Origin: Myxococcota bacterium
GTDB lineage: Bacteria > Myxococcota_A > UBA796 > GCA-2862545
Reading direction: 5' to 3'
DNA length: 23,275 nt
Assembly (NCBI GenBank): GCA_039208735.1
Contig: JBCCQY010000150.1
Coordinates: 1 to 23,275 of the forward strand
In this document: positions 7,689-16,473 of the stretch, one piece after another
Position numbering within the stretch: the first letter of the stretch is position 1
How the letters are laid out: each line of letters opens with the position of its first letter
The notes under the pieces: model-generated
What the model saw: only the letters and a program-made list of their open reading frames with translations
Told to the model about the DNA's origin: nothing
Database searches by the model: none
Made by a program: the position numbers and the translations under genes

Positions 7689-8221
7689 TCCAGCGGATCA
7701 GCGTACAGCACGAAGTCTCGTTGCTCGGTCACGCCCGTCCCAGAGTCCACGTCTGTCGCCGTCACCTCGACCTCAAACGTCTCCCCGTCGAGCGAGCAGA
7801 GGAATTCGAGGTTGGTTTGCGGCGTGGGATCGTGGTCATCGAGAAACGCTCGAACGCCTGCGAACGTGCTCGTGCACTCATCGACCGCTTCCGCATCGAC
7901 GTAGGTGACCGACTGGTCACCTGCGATGCGGAGGCCATCGCTTTTCCGTGTGACGACCGGCGCAATGGCAAGCCACGTGCCTGTGGTGCTCGCAAGCCCG
8001 CTGATGTCGATGTGCCAGCCCCCTTGGGCCCCGTGCACCATGGTGATGGAATCGCCATTGGTCAGGGGCCGGTGCACGTCGAACCCGCTGCCGAGTTCGA
8101 ACGTCATCGGACCACAGCGATCCTCCACGATCGTGCCCGTGTCCTCCCTCGAGGGGGACGGAGCATCGTCAGCGACCGGAGCATTGGTGCAGGCCATCGA
8201 CCACAACAGCGCGATCATCAT
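7670..8221 (-). CDS. Hypothetical lipoprotein
   Basis: MMIALLWSMAC signal/lipobox; HGAQGGWHI motif that I associate with myxobacterial lipoproteins; ATGA coupling to the upstream gene. Confidence 0.75.
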   Translation of the reverse strand: MMIALLWSMACTNAPVADDAPSPSREDTGTIVEDRCGPMTFELGSGFDVHRPLTNGDSITMVHGAQGGWHIDISGLASTTGTWLAIAPVVTRKSDGLRIAGDQSVTYVDAEAVDECTSTFAGVRAFLDDHDPTPQTNLEFLCSLDGETFEVEVTATDVDSGTGVTEQRDFVLYADPLDYCDLL

Positions 8222-9636
8222 TCGTCAGGACCCTCGATGTCTTCGCCGAGTTCCAGCGTACGCACGTAGACGTCCTGCGTGCCATCCCGATCATCGGTCC
8301 ACGCGAAGATCGCGGTGCGACCAAGCACGACCAGGTTCAGGTCCTCGCGGATGGCTTCACCATTAGGGCCCGCGTCGGCGCGGAAGTCGCGCTCCTGAAA
8401 CGCCCCGTCGGCGCCCATGAAGTTGTAGTAGATGTTGTTGAAGATTTGGCTGCGGCCGTTCTGGATCGCGAGCCGGTCGTCCAACCAGGCCACCACAGGG
8501 CCATCGGCGCCCACGGCAAGCTGCGGCCGGAGTGCCACGGCGGCGCCGGGGCCCTCGCCGCGGTCGACCCGCACGTCTTCGTCTCCCATGGGGGTGCCGT
8601 TCTCAAGCGTGCGGAAGTGCAAGTCCGCGCCCCCCGAGCGCTCGTCGATCCAGACGGTATGGACCGCTGCGCCATCACTGATGCAGCGGGGAGCCTGGCT
8701 GGTGTTGAACCCGGGATTGTCGGACTCGAGGGTGCCCGGCGTCGCCGCCCACTGACGTCCGTCGATCGAGGCGTTGAACAAGATGTCGTCGCCCTCGCCG
8801 TTCCGGGCGTCTGACCACACCGTGACCCCACCGCGGTCCGTGGCACACACCTGGGGGCCTAGCGAGAGGTGCTGACCAGGGTCGTCTCCCCGATCGAGGC
8901 GGGTTTCGATGGGGGCCTGGAAGGTGGCGCCTCCGGTGGAGCTTCCTTGCAGGTAGATGTCGGATCCCCCGTTGCGAGTATCTTCCCACGCCACCCAAAG
9001 GGCGTTCGGGCCAATGGCCAAGGCGGGCTGGCCCGAGAAGGCTTCGCCGAGCTGGTCTGAACCGAGGCGTGACGGAGTGGCGTACGACATGCCAAGGTCC
9101 GCACTGCGGCTGAACAAGATGTCGTACGCGCCGTAGCGGTCGTCGGCCCAGGCCACGCCTACAAGGTCCCCGTTGATGGCAATCACGGGGTCCTGCGCGT
9201 TCGAAAACGCCTGCGGGTCGTTGTCGACGAGTACGTCTTCTTCGGCAAACGTTCCGTCGCCGACCAGTGCATTGGCGTAGACATTGGTGTGGCCGATGTC
9301 GCTGTTGCGATCGTCCAGCCATACGGCCACGACCCCGTCGTCCGAACACGCCACGGCGGGCTCCGAAACGACGCCATTGCCGTGGCTCACCCGCGTCGGA
9401 ACCTCAAACCACGTGTCTCCGAGGTTGTCGGAGCGCGTCATCCATAGGTCGGCAAGGTTGGGCCCACGTCGATCATCGACCCAAAACACAAAGACCGTAC
9501 CGGACTCTGTGGCACACATTCGCGTGGAATGGCTGTCGACCCCCAGCGTGTCGTCGGCGCCATCCAGTCGAATGTCGTCGTCGAGAACCTGATTGGAATC
9601 CGGTGAGCACCCTAGCAGCAGGGTTGTGAGCAACAT
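8218..9636 (-). CDS. Lipoprotein with BNR/Asp-box beta-propeller (sialidase-like fold)
   Basis: GGGAGG RBS then MLLTTLLLGC lipobox at 9636; repeated blades (WxDxR...DI/L) and Asp-boxes SDNLGDTW, SADLGMSY, SSTGGATF, SIDGRQW. The ORF-track extension to 10830 is antisense shadow. Confidence 0.8.
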   Translation of the reverse strand: MLLTTLLLGCSPDSNQVLDDDIRLDGADDTLGVDSHSTRMCATESGTVFVFWVDDRRGPNLADLWMTRSDNLGDTWFEVPTRVSHGNGVVSEPAVACSDDGVVAVWLDDRNSDIGHTNVYANALVGDGTFAEEDVLVDNDPQAFSNAQDPVIAINGDLVGVAWADDRYGAYDILFSRSADLGMSYATPSRLGSDQLGEAFSGQPALAIGPNALWVAWEDTRNGGSDIYLQGSSTGGATFQAPIETRLDRGDDPGQHLSLGPQVCATDRGGVTVWSDARNGEGDDILFNASIDGRQWAATPGTLESDNPGFNTSQAPRCISDGAAVHTVWIDERSGGADLHFRTLENGTPMGDEDVRVDRGEGPGAAVALRPQLAVGADGPVVAWLDDRLAIQNGRSQIFNNIYYNFMGADGAFQERDFRADAGPNGEAIREDLNLVVLGRTAIFAWTDDRDGTQDVYVRTLELGEDIEGPDE

Positions 9637-9732
9637 GCGACCTCCCTCGCCCCGAGCATGCCCGATGACCCGCGCGAGTGTCGCGTCGACGGATCGTTCA
9701 TGGGCCAGGCATACTGCGGCGGGAGGTTGCAG

Positions 9733-11511
9733 ATGGTGTGGTGGGGTGTGGTTGCGTTGGTTGCAGGACAAGCCCAAGCCGCGGATCTCGAAACCTGGAT
9801 CATCGCGTGGGCGACCGAACTCGATGGGGATCGGGGGTCCGATGGCCGTGACGAAGTGCTCGATCTCGCCATTGACCAAACGCAGCACGTGACGGTGACG
9901 GGCTTTGTGGATGGGGACCCCGGCGAGGGGCGTACAGGCTTGTTGGCGACGTTCGAGCGAAATGATGGCTCGGTGCTCTGGAATATCCGTGAGGAGGCGG
10001 GCGTGTTGCCCAACGCCACCGACGACGTGCTCACCGCGGTGGACTTTGCACCAGGGAGCAACGATTTGGCGTGGTGCGGTCAACTTGCCGGCATCGACAG
10101 CCCCAAACCCACCGATCCGCGGACGGCCTACCATGTTGACGCCCGTGAGCCCGACAAGTTCGGCATTCACTACGAGTCGATGCCGCTGTGGAATGAAGCG
10201 TTTGAGGTGGTTCCCGGTTCGATGGGTGACCAGGCGTGTCGCGGGCTTGATCGCGCTGGATTGACCTTGTTCACCACCGGCGATGCCGCCACGCCGGAGG
10301 GCGGTCGTCAATGGATCACGCGCATCTACAACGCGACCACGGGTGACGTCCAAGACGGGGGGACGTTTGCGTTGCCAGACCCCGCTGCGGTCGAGCGCGG
10401 CGAGGCGATCGCGGGGGATGCGGCTACCGGGAACTTCGTCGTGGTGGGTTCTTCGGCCTTGCCGAACGCGAATTCCAGCGCCGTTATCCGCTTCATGGAG
10501 GCCGGTGGCACGCAACGCTGGTCGGATCGCATCGCGAGTCCCGGTGACGGACCGGCCCGTTTTCACGACGTGGTCTACGACGTCACGCGAGGGTTGGTGG
10601 CCGCCGTAGGGACGGTGCAGCGAGGGAACGAGGCTGCGTCCGACATCCAAGGGATCGTGCGGGTTTATGCCGCGGCCGGAGCCAACGGTGAGCCCGCGGT
10701 GCAGCTCGAACTCGAACTCGGCAGTGCGGCCGGCGATGACTACGCGACCTCGGTGGCTTTCGATCAGAGTGGTCGGTTGGTGGTGGGGGGCAGCGTCGCG
10801 GATGCCACCACGGGCATCGAACGGTGGCAAGTCCTACGGCTGTCCGAGACCACGGGGGCGGTCGAAGGCGATTGGGAAGGCCCCGTGACGTCTGGGCATT
10901 CGCGGATTCAGGCGTTGGCGCAACGCGATGAAGTCCTCGTGGTCGGGGGCTTTGTGGACCGCGGAAACACCGTCGATGCGGCGGTGACGATGCTCGGTCC
11001 TGACCGTGATGGCGACGCCACGGCCGACATCGCGGATCAGTGTCCTGACGATCCCAACAAGATTCTGCAGGGCGTGTGTGACTGTGGCACGCCCGATGAA
11101 GATCGAGATGGGGACGACTTCGAGGACTGTATCGATCGCTGTCCTGACGACCCCAACAAGACCACCCGGATGGGGGAGTGCGGATGTGGGGTTCCCGACG
11201 ATGACACTGACAACGACGGCATCCTCGACTGTCTAGAGACGTGTCCGAACGACCCCAACAAGGTGGAGCCGGGGGCGTGTGGCTGTGACGTGCAGGACAT
11301 CGACCGGGATCGCGACGGCGTCGCGGACTGCAACGACGCGTGTGAAGCCACACCAGATGGTGCCGAAGTGGGAACGGACGGGTGTGAAGCTCGTGGTGCC
11401 GGATGTGGATGCCAAAGCGTTACACCGATTTCGGCACTGTTGGCGCCACTGTGCCTCATCTTGATCAGCGTTACGCGACGGCGTCATGGACAGACAAACC
11501 GAAACATTTGA
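9733..11511 (+). CDS. Secreted surface protein: beta-propeller + thrombospondin type-3-like Ca-binding repeats + MYXO-CTERM-like anchor
   Basis: GGGAGG RBS at 9721; signal peptide MVWWGVVALVAGQAQA; DxDxDG/CPDDPNK repeats; C-terminus GCGCQS-hydrophobic-RRR. Confidence 0.8.
   Translation: MVWWGVVALVAGQAQAADLETWIIAWATELDGDRGSDGRDEVLDLAIDQTQHVTVTGFVDGDPGEGRTGLLATFERNDGSVLWNIREEAGVLPNATDDVLTAVDFAPGSNDLAWCGQLAGIDSPKPTDPRTAYHVDAREPDKFGIHYESMPLWNEAFEVVPGSMGDQACRGLDRAGLTLFTTGDAATPEGGRQWITRIYNATTGDVQDGGTFALPDPAAVERGEAIAGDAATGNFVVVGSSALPNANSSAVIRFMEAGGTQRWSDRIASPGDGPARFHDVVYDVTRGLVAAVGTVQRGNEAASDIQGIVRVYAAAGANGEPAVQLELELGSAAGDDYATSVAFDQSGRLVVGGSVADATTGIERWQVLRLSETTGAVEGDWEGPVTSGHSRIQALAQRDEVLVVGGFVDRGNTVDAAVTMLGPDRDGDATADIADQCPDDPNKILQGVCDCGTPDEDRDGDDFEDCIDRCPDDPNKTTRMGECGCGVPDDDTDNDGILDCLETCPNDPNKVEPGACGCDVQDIDRDRDGVADCNDACEATPDGAEVGTDGCEARGAGCGCQSVTPISALLAPLCLILISVTRRRHGQTNRNI
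11041..11345 (+). repeat. Three coding tandem repeats (99-102 bp period) encoding CP[DN]DPNK..GxCxC..DxDxDG
   Basis: TGTCCTGACGATCCCAACAAG (11041), TGTCCTGACGACCCCAACAAG (11140), TGTCCGAACGACCCCAACAAG (11242). Confidence 0.8.
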
Positions 11512-11588
11512 TTGACGCTTCGGTCTTCGGGCGGGCATCGTCCTCGCGTTGGAGATCGTTTCTGGGGCACGACGTCAAAGGAGGAAGC

Positions 11589-12530
11589 ATGCGAGGAACA
11601 CTGTTCGCTGCACTGGTCCTGATGGGTTGCAATGAGCCTTCGATCGGTGGTGATGGGGATCGCGAGTACGACATTCGCGAACTCGAGCGTACGCGTGATC
11701 AGGTGACGGATAGCTTCGAGCAGCCGCCGCCCACGTCGGCCGACGTGCTGTTTGTCATCAGCAACTGGTGGTCGGATGGCCAGCTTCGTCAGGAGCTGAT
11801 CGACAGCTTCGACGACCTGCTCAACGTCTTCTTGGGAAGCGGCATCGACTACCACATCGGTGTCATCTCGACCGACACCGACCACTTCCACGAGAACGGC
11901 AAGCTCCACGAAGCCGATGGGGTTCGTTGGATCGACCCCGAGACGCCGAACCCGCTTGAGACCTTCGCGACGATGGCGTCGATGGATGCGCAGGGTTGTG
12001 TGGGCCCCCGTCGTCCCCGCGATGCCACCTGGCTGGCCCTCGAAGTTGAAGAAGACTCCTGGAACGCAGGCTTCCGTCGTGACGACGCGTCGCTGCACAC
12101 CGTGTTTGTGAGCGATGCGGGCGACGAATCGTACCGGTTGTCGGTCGACGAGTTCATTCGCTGGTACGACGGTTACACCGCGACGCCCGAGGTCGACACC
12201 CTTTCGACGATCATCGACCCCCTTCGCGACAACGAAAATCCCTATGTCACCACCATGGTCGGTGGCGCTACGCACCACATCGATGACCGTCCCTGGCGCA
12301 ACGTGCTCCTCGAGATCGGCCTGCGTGCGCAGGTCCTGAACCAGGAGTTCATGCTGTCGGCGGTACCCGTGCTCGACACCATCGTCGTCGAAATCTCGCA
12401 CCACGAACAGACGCAGCGTCTGTCGCTGGGTGATGATTTCACCTACAGCGAGAGCCGCAACTCGGTGCAGCTCGTCGACTACCAGCCGCCCACCGGCGCG
12501 TCGATCGACATCAGCTACGATCGCCGCTGA
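11589..12530 (+). CDS. VWA-like lipoprotein with degenerate MIDAS
   Basis: GGAGGA RBS; MRGTLFAALVLMGC lipobox; DVLFVISNWWSD, YHIGVISTD, GFRRDDASLHTVFVSD and a C-terminal FTYSESRNSV...PPTGASIDISY module typical of myxobacterial VWA lipoproteins. Confidence 0.72.
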   Translation: MRGTLFAALVLMGCNEPSIGGDGDREYDIRELERTRDQVTDSFEQPPPTSADVLFVISNWWSDGQLRQELIDSFDDLLNVFLGSGIDYHIGVISTDTDHFHENGKLHEADGVRWIDPETPNPLETFATMASMDAQGCVGPRRPRDATWLALEVEEDSWNAGFRRDDASLHTVFVSDAGDESYRLSVDEFIRWYDGYTATPEVDTLSTIIDPLRDNENPYVTTMVGGATHHIDDRPWRNVLLEIGLRAQVLNQEFMLSAVPVLDTIVVEISHHEQTQRLSLGDDFTYSESRNSVQLVDYQPPTGASIDISYDRR

Positions 12531-12543
12531 GCGGTTCTGAGCG

Positions 12544-13200
12544 CTACTCGGTGAGCAAGGCCTCGATCGCCTCGTCGAATTCGGCGATCGTGCCATTGCC
12601 ACCAGCGAAGAAGCGGATGTACCCGAACTGGTCCACCACGTAGGTCATGGGCGTCGGGATGGTCCCTCCGCGAGACCACGCTTTCTTCGCTTCGCCAGAG
12701 ACATCGCTCACCACCGGGTGGGTGATGGTGAACTGGCTCGTCCAGGCCTCGATGTCGTCGGTGGTGGGGGTGTCACCAAAGACGTCTTCGTGAATCAAGG
12801 TGATGACCTCGACCGGATCGTCGGCACGTTCGACCGAGTACTCCTGGAACTCTGGCGCAGCCTGACGACACGTGCCACACCACATCGTGACGAACTCAAG
12901 CAGCACGATCTGCCCTTCGTAGTCCGCCAGGCGAATCATCGTGCCGTCGGCGGCAGGGAGTTCGAAGCCCGGCGTGCACATGTTGGCATCGACCCCTCGG
13001 ATCGCCTCGGAGTCCTTGCTGCAGGGCACCGGATCGGGTTCGGGCTTGGGATCGGGGTCCGGGTCCGGGTCGGGGTTGATGTTCGTGGATGGGTCAGGAT
13101 TGGGGATAGGCGTCGTGTTCTCGGTTTCCCGAATGTCGGGCTCAGTGCAGCCAAACGCGAGACCGAGAAGGGCGAGCGCCATCGAGGATGGGTTCCGCAT
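12544..13200 (-). CDS. Redoxin (TlpA/AhpC-TSA-like) thiol-disulfide oxidoreductase lipoprotein
   Basis: GGAGG RBS; LAFGC lipobox; Pro/Asp linker; FELPAADGTMIRLADYEGQIVLLEFVTMWCGTC (CxxC); PTPMTYVVDQFG. Confidence 0.85.
   Translation of the reverse strand: MRNPSSMALALLGLAFGCTEPDIRETENTTPIPNPDPSTNINPDPDPDPDPKPEPDPVPCSKDSEAIRGVDANMCTPGFELPAADGTMIRLADYEGQIVLLEFVTMWCGTCRQAAPEFQEYSVERADDPVEVITLIHEDVFGDTPTTDDIEAWTSQFTITHPVVSDVSGEAKKAWSRGGTIPTPMTYVVDQFGYIRFFAGGNGTIAEFDEAIEALLTE
13030..13077 (-). repeat. Hexamer microsatellite-like tract encoding an NPDPDPDPDPKPEPDP linker
   Basis: Repeated (T/G)CCGGG-like units inside the redoxin CDS. Confidence 0.7.
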
Positions 13201-13245
13201 CGCTTCCTCCAGCCCCTCCACTATGGCGCCGGGTTCGGCGAACCG

Positions 13246-14262
13246 CTACGGCGAACCCAGCTCGTGGCCTTTCGAGCCAGTCCCGAGCTGATCGAGCAAC
13301 GCTTGCCAAGTCTGTCTTTCGTGCTCCAGCGTGAATCGAGGGGCCAGCGCGCGGACGGACCTTTCGAGTTCAGCGAGGGTCGAACGGTCGGATTCTAGTC
13401 GTAAGAGCCAGGTACGTAAGGCCTCTTCGTCGCCTACGGGAAAGGTCGCGGGCCACTGCCTGCCCAACAGTCCCAGATTCCCGTCAATCTCGCTCGCGAC
13501 GATGGGGGTCCCGGCGGCAATCGCTTCTGACACGACGTTTGCACCGCCCTCAGCCCGTGAACTCACCACCAGCACTCGGGCGCGGGCCAGGTGATCCTGA
13601 ACGGTTGGCGCGTCCACTCCGCCCAGCCAGCGAAATCGTGGGTTCTCGGAAGCCTCGGTGCGGGCCCTTCGCTCCCACGTCTCATCGAGCGCATCACCGA
13701 GCAACGTCACCCGGATCTGTGACGTTTCGGGGAGCCGGCGAACGGCCATGGCAGCTCGCAACGGATCTTTGACGTCTCGGAGGTGCGCGATCACCAACAC
13801 GTCGAAGACGTCCGACGAGGCCGGCTTGCGGCCGACAGTGGGCGCGGATTGATGGATGACATGGAGCTTCGGACGAAATTCCTCGGGGAGGGCCTGGGCG
13901 AGTCGATCGTGAAGTCCCACCAAAGCATCGGCCATCGCCATGGAGGCCCGTGTCGGTTCGGGGTCGCGTTCGAGGTAGTCGTAGACGTCCGTGCCGGTCA
14001 GCGCGACGATCAGAAGTCGTTTTGGATGTTGGCTTCGGAATGCAGCGATCGACGCACGGCTTCGCCAGGCGTGGAGGGCGACCATCGCATCGCATGGCGT
14101 GCCGTCCCATTCCGTGTCGATGCCGACGTCGTGGCCGAGCGCCCCGAGCAGTTCGGCCCATCGGTGGGCGGTGGTGCGGTTGCCCGCTTTCGAGTCCGGC
14201 AAGGCCGGGGTAATGACCTGAATCGTCCGGGACCCGCCCCGTGGGAGGCTTGCCTTTGCCAT
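13246..14262 (-). CDS. senB: Selenosugar synthase SenB-type glycosyltransferase (GT-B fold)
   Basis: Family motifs ITPA...GNRTTAHRW, ALHAWRS, LTGTDVY, HLRDVKDP, SRAEGGANVVSEA, GNLGLLG; adjacent to a SenA-like gene; RBS-like GGAG..GAGGG before ATG 14262. Confidence 0.88.
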   Translation of the reverse strand: MAKASLPRGGSRTIQVITPALPDSKAGNRTTAHRWAELLGALGHDVGIDTEWDGTPCDAMVALHAWRSRASIAAFRSQHPKRLLIVALTGTDVYDYLERDPEPTRASMAMADALVGLHDRLAQALPEEFRPKLHVIHQSAPTVGRKPASSDVFDVLVIAHLRDVKDPLRAAMAVRRLPETSQIRVTLLGDALDETWERRARTEASENPRFRWLGGVDAPTVQDHLARARVLVVSSRAEGGANVVSEAIAAGTPIVASEIDGNLGLLGRQWPATFPVGDEEALRTWLLRLESDRSTLAELERSVRALAPRFTLEHERQTWQALLDQLGTGSKGHELGSP

Positions 14263-14279
14263 TGCCCTCAACTCCCCGC

Positions 14280-15578
14280 ATGCCTGCCGAGGAGCTTATC
14301 GCCTGGATGCGGAGCGCTCGGGACCGCACGCTGCAGATCTGCGCGATCGTGCGGGGCGAAGAACTCTTGGGACCGATGCTCCCCATCGTGAATCCGTTTC
14401 TGTGGGAAGTGGGCCACGTGGGGTGGTTCTACGAGCGATTCGCGTTGCGTCTGCTCGATGGTCGGCCCTGGATCCTTGGCAACTCGGAACAGCTCTACAA
14501 CTCAAGCGCGATTCCTCACGATGTGCGCTGGGGACTCCCTCTGCCCGATCTGGATGCGACCCTGGGCTACCTGGAGCGCGTCCAGCAGGCGATGGAAGAG
14601 CGGCTCACGTCCGACCTGGCGAGTGAGGCCGACACCTACCACACGCTGCTCACCTTGTTTCACGAGGACATGCACGGCGAGTCGTTTGCGTGGAATCGGC
14701 AGACCCACGGTTGGGCGATGCCGCAACCGGAACTCGAGCAGGTTGGCGGAGGACCTTGCCCCGGTGACGTCGAGGTGCCTGGTTGCATCCACGCGCTAGG
14801 ATCGGTGAACGACGGCACCCAGTTTGTCTTCGACAACCAGAAGTGGGCGCACGATGTCGTGGTCAAGCCCTTCCAGATTGCGCGAGCCCCGGTGACCAAC
14901 GAGGCGTTCGCGGCGTTTGTCGATGACGGCGGCTACCGAGAGCGGCGATGGTGGTCCGAAGCAGGGTGGCGCTGGCGCGCTCAAGCCGAGGCGAACCACC
15001 CTGTGTACTGGACCCAGGACCCGTCCGGGTGGTTCGTGCGCCTTTACGACCGGGTGCTTCCATTGCCCGCTCATCAGCCGGTGGTTCACGTTGCTTGGTA
15101 CGAGGCCGAGGCCTATTGCCGGTGGGCGGGCCGTCGGTTGCCCACCGAAGCCGAGTGGGAAGTGGCCGCTTCGCGGGTTCCGACGTCCAACGGTGAACTC
15201 GCTCCCGGGAAGCGTCGGTTCCCTTGGGGAGGCACGCCCCCCGTTGCAGAGCAGGCGAACCTCGATGCGCGGCACTTGGGTTGTGTCGAGGTAGGCGCGT
15301 TTGCGGGGGCCGACAGCCCGCTTGGATGCCGCCAAATGATCGGAAACGTGTGGGAGTGGACCCAGACGCCCTTTGCGCCGTTCCCGGGGTTCAGCCCAGA
15401 TTCATACGCCGACTACAGCGTGCCGTGGTTCGAGGATGGGCGAAAGGTCCTGCGGGGCGGCTGCTGGACCACCCGTAGTCGCATGATCGACAACGAATAT
15501 CGCAACTACTTTACGCCCGACCGGCGCGACATCTTCGCGGGATTTCGAACCTGTGCCGTGGAGGAGGCCTCGGTTTGA
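14280..15578 (+). CDS. senA: Selenoneine synthase SenA-type non-heme iron enzyme (EgtB family: DinB + FGE-sulfatase domains)
   Basis: VNPFLWEVGHVGWFYE and FHEDMHGE (3-His iron site), YNSSAIPHDVRW, FVFDNQKWAH, RRLPTEAEWE, GNVWEW, DYSVPWF, YRNYFTPDRRDIFAGFRTC. The senB neighbour favours SenA over EgtB. Confidence 0.85.
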   Translation: MPAEELIAWMRSARDRTLQICAIVRGEELLGPMLPIVNPFLWEVGHVGWFYERFALRLLDGRPWILGNSEQLYNSSAIPHDVRWGLPLPDLDATLGYLERVQQAMEERLTSDLASEADTYHTLLTLFHEDMHGESFAWNRQTHGWAMPQPELEQVGGGPCPGDVEVPGCIHALGSVNDGTQFVFDNQKWAHDVVVKPFQIARAPVTNEAFAAFVDDGGYRERRWWSEAGWRWRAQAEANHPVYWTQDPSGWFVRLYDRVLPLPAHQPVVHVAWYEAEAYCRWAGRRLPTEAEWEVAASRVPTSNGELAPGKRRFPWGGTPPVAEQANLDARHLGCVEVGAFAGADSPLGCRQMIGNVWEWTQTPFAPFPGFSPDSYADYSVPWFEDGRKVLRGGCWTTRSRMIDNEYRNYFTPDRRDIFAGFRTCAVEEASV

Positions 15579-15627
15579 CATGCACCAAGAGGCATGGATG
15601 GCGTAGGCTCGCGTGGGGGAGACAGAC

Positions 15628-16473
15628 GTGGTGATGATTTTCGCTTGGGTTGCGTGCACCGCCAGCGTGCCAGACGATGCGCCGCCGCCGCTTCGGTTCT
15701 CAGCCATTCCAGACCACGACACCACGCTGCTCAAGCAGCGGTTCGACCCTTTTGCGCGCCACCTCGAAGCGCAGCTGGGCGTTCCCGTCGAGTACGTTCC
15801 GGCCACCGACTACCTCGCCGCGGTCGAGATGTTCAAGAACGGTGACGTCCAGCTCGCGTGGTTTGGGGGACTCACCGGGGTGCAGGCGCGTCGGGCGGTT
15901 CCGAAGGCCCGCGCCATTGCGCAAGGCGTTGAAGATCAGGCCTTCCGGTCGCACTTCATTGTCCATCGCTCGGTCGACATCGAGGCGAACGAGGACTTCC
16001 CCGCCGGACTCAAGGGCCGGACCTTCACCTTCGGAGCCCCTGCGTCGACCTCGGGTCGCCTCATGCCTGAGCACTTCATCCGGGAGCATACGGGCTTGGC
16101 CCCCGACGCGTTCTTTGCGTCGCCGGTCGGATTTTCCGGAGCCCACGACAAAACGGCGCGACTCGTGGCGAGCGGGCAAGTCAACGCTGGCGTGCTCAAC
16201 TACCAGACCTGGGATGCATTAGCGGCAAAAGGCGAGGTGGAAGGCGCTAAGATCGTTTGGACGACCCCAACCTACGCCGACTACAACTTCACCGCCCACC
16301 CCGACCTTGAACGCTACGGCGACGGCTTTACGGCGCGCCTGCAGAAGGTGCTGACGGACCTGCGCGAACCTGCACTGCTCGGGGCGTTGAGCCGTTCCCA
16401 GCTCATTTCTGCCTCCAACGAGGACTTCGCGGCCATTGAGCGCGTGGCCATGTCGCTCGACATGGTGAGATAG
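15628..16473 (+). CDS. PhnD-family ABC substrate-binding lipoprotein, putative selenate/selenium-compound type
   Basis: FSAIPD, QLAWFGGLTGVQAR, FTFGAPASTSGRLMP, FSGAHDKT, WTTPTYADYNFT motifs of the selenium-associated PhnD-like subfamily; Cys lipobox. Start at GTG 15628, GTG 15631 or ATG 15634. Confidence 0.82.
   Translation: MVMIFAWVACTASVPDDAPPPLRFSAIPDHDTTLLKQRFDPFARHLEAQLGVPVEYVPATDYLAAVEMFKNGDVQLAWFGGLTGVQARRAVPKARAIAQGVEDQAFRSHFIVHRSVDIEANEDFPAGLKGRTFTFGAPASTSGRLMPEHFIREHTGLAPDAFFASPVGFSGAHDKTARLVASGQVNAGVLNYQTWDALAAKGEVEGAKIVWTTPTYADYNFTAHPDLERYGDGFTARLQKVLTDLREPALLGALSRSQLISASNEDFAAIERVAMSLDMVR

Noticed and set aside
9637..10830. N-terminal 398 aa of the 870-aa minus-strand ORF 8218..10830
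   Set aside because: Antisense shadow of the real + strand gene; RBS and lipobox place the start at 9636.
11041..11345. CRISPR-like repeat array
   Set aside because: Repeats are in-frame coding units with synonymous variation and about 100-bp period; no cas genes.
15575..15610. TTGACA at the senA stop as an internal promoter for the ABC genes
   Set aside because: No -10 hexamer at 16-18 nt spacing; TAGGCT is 23 nt away.
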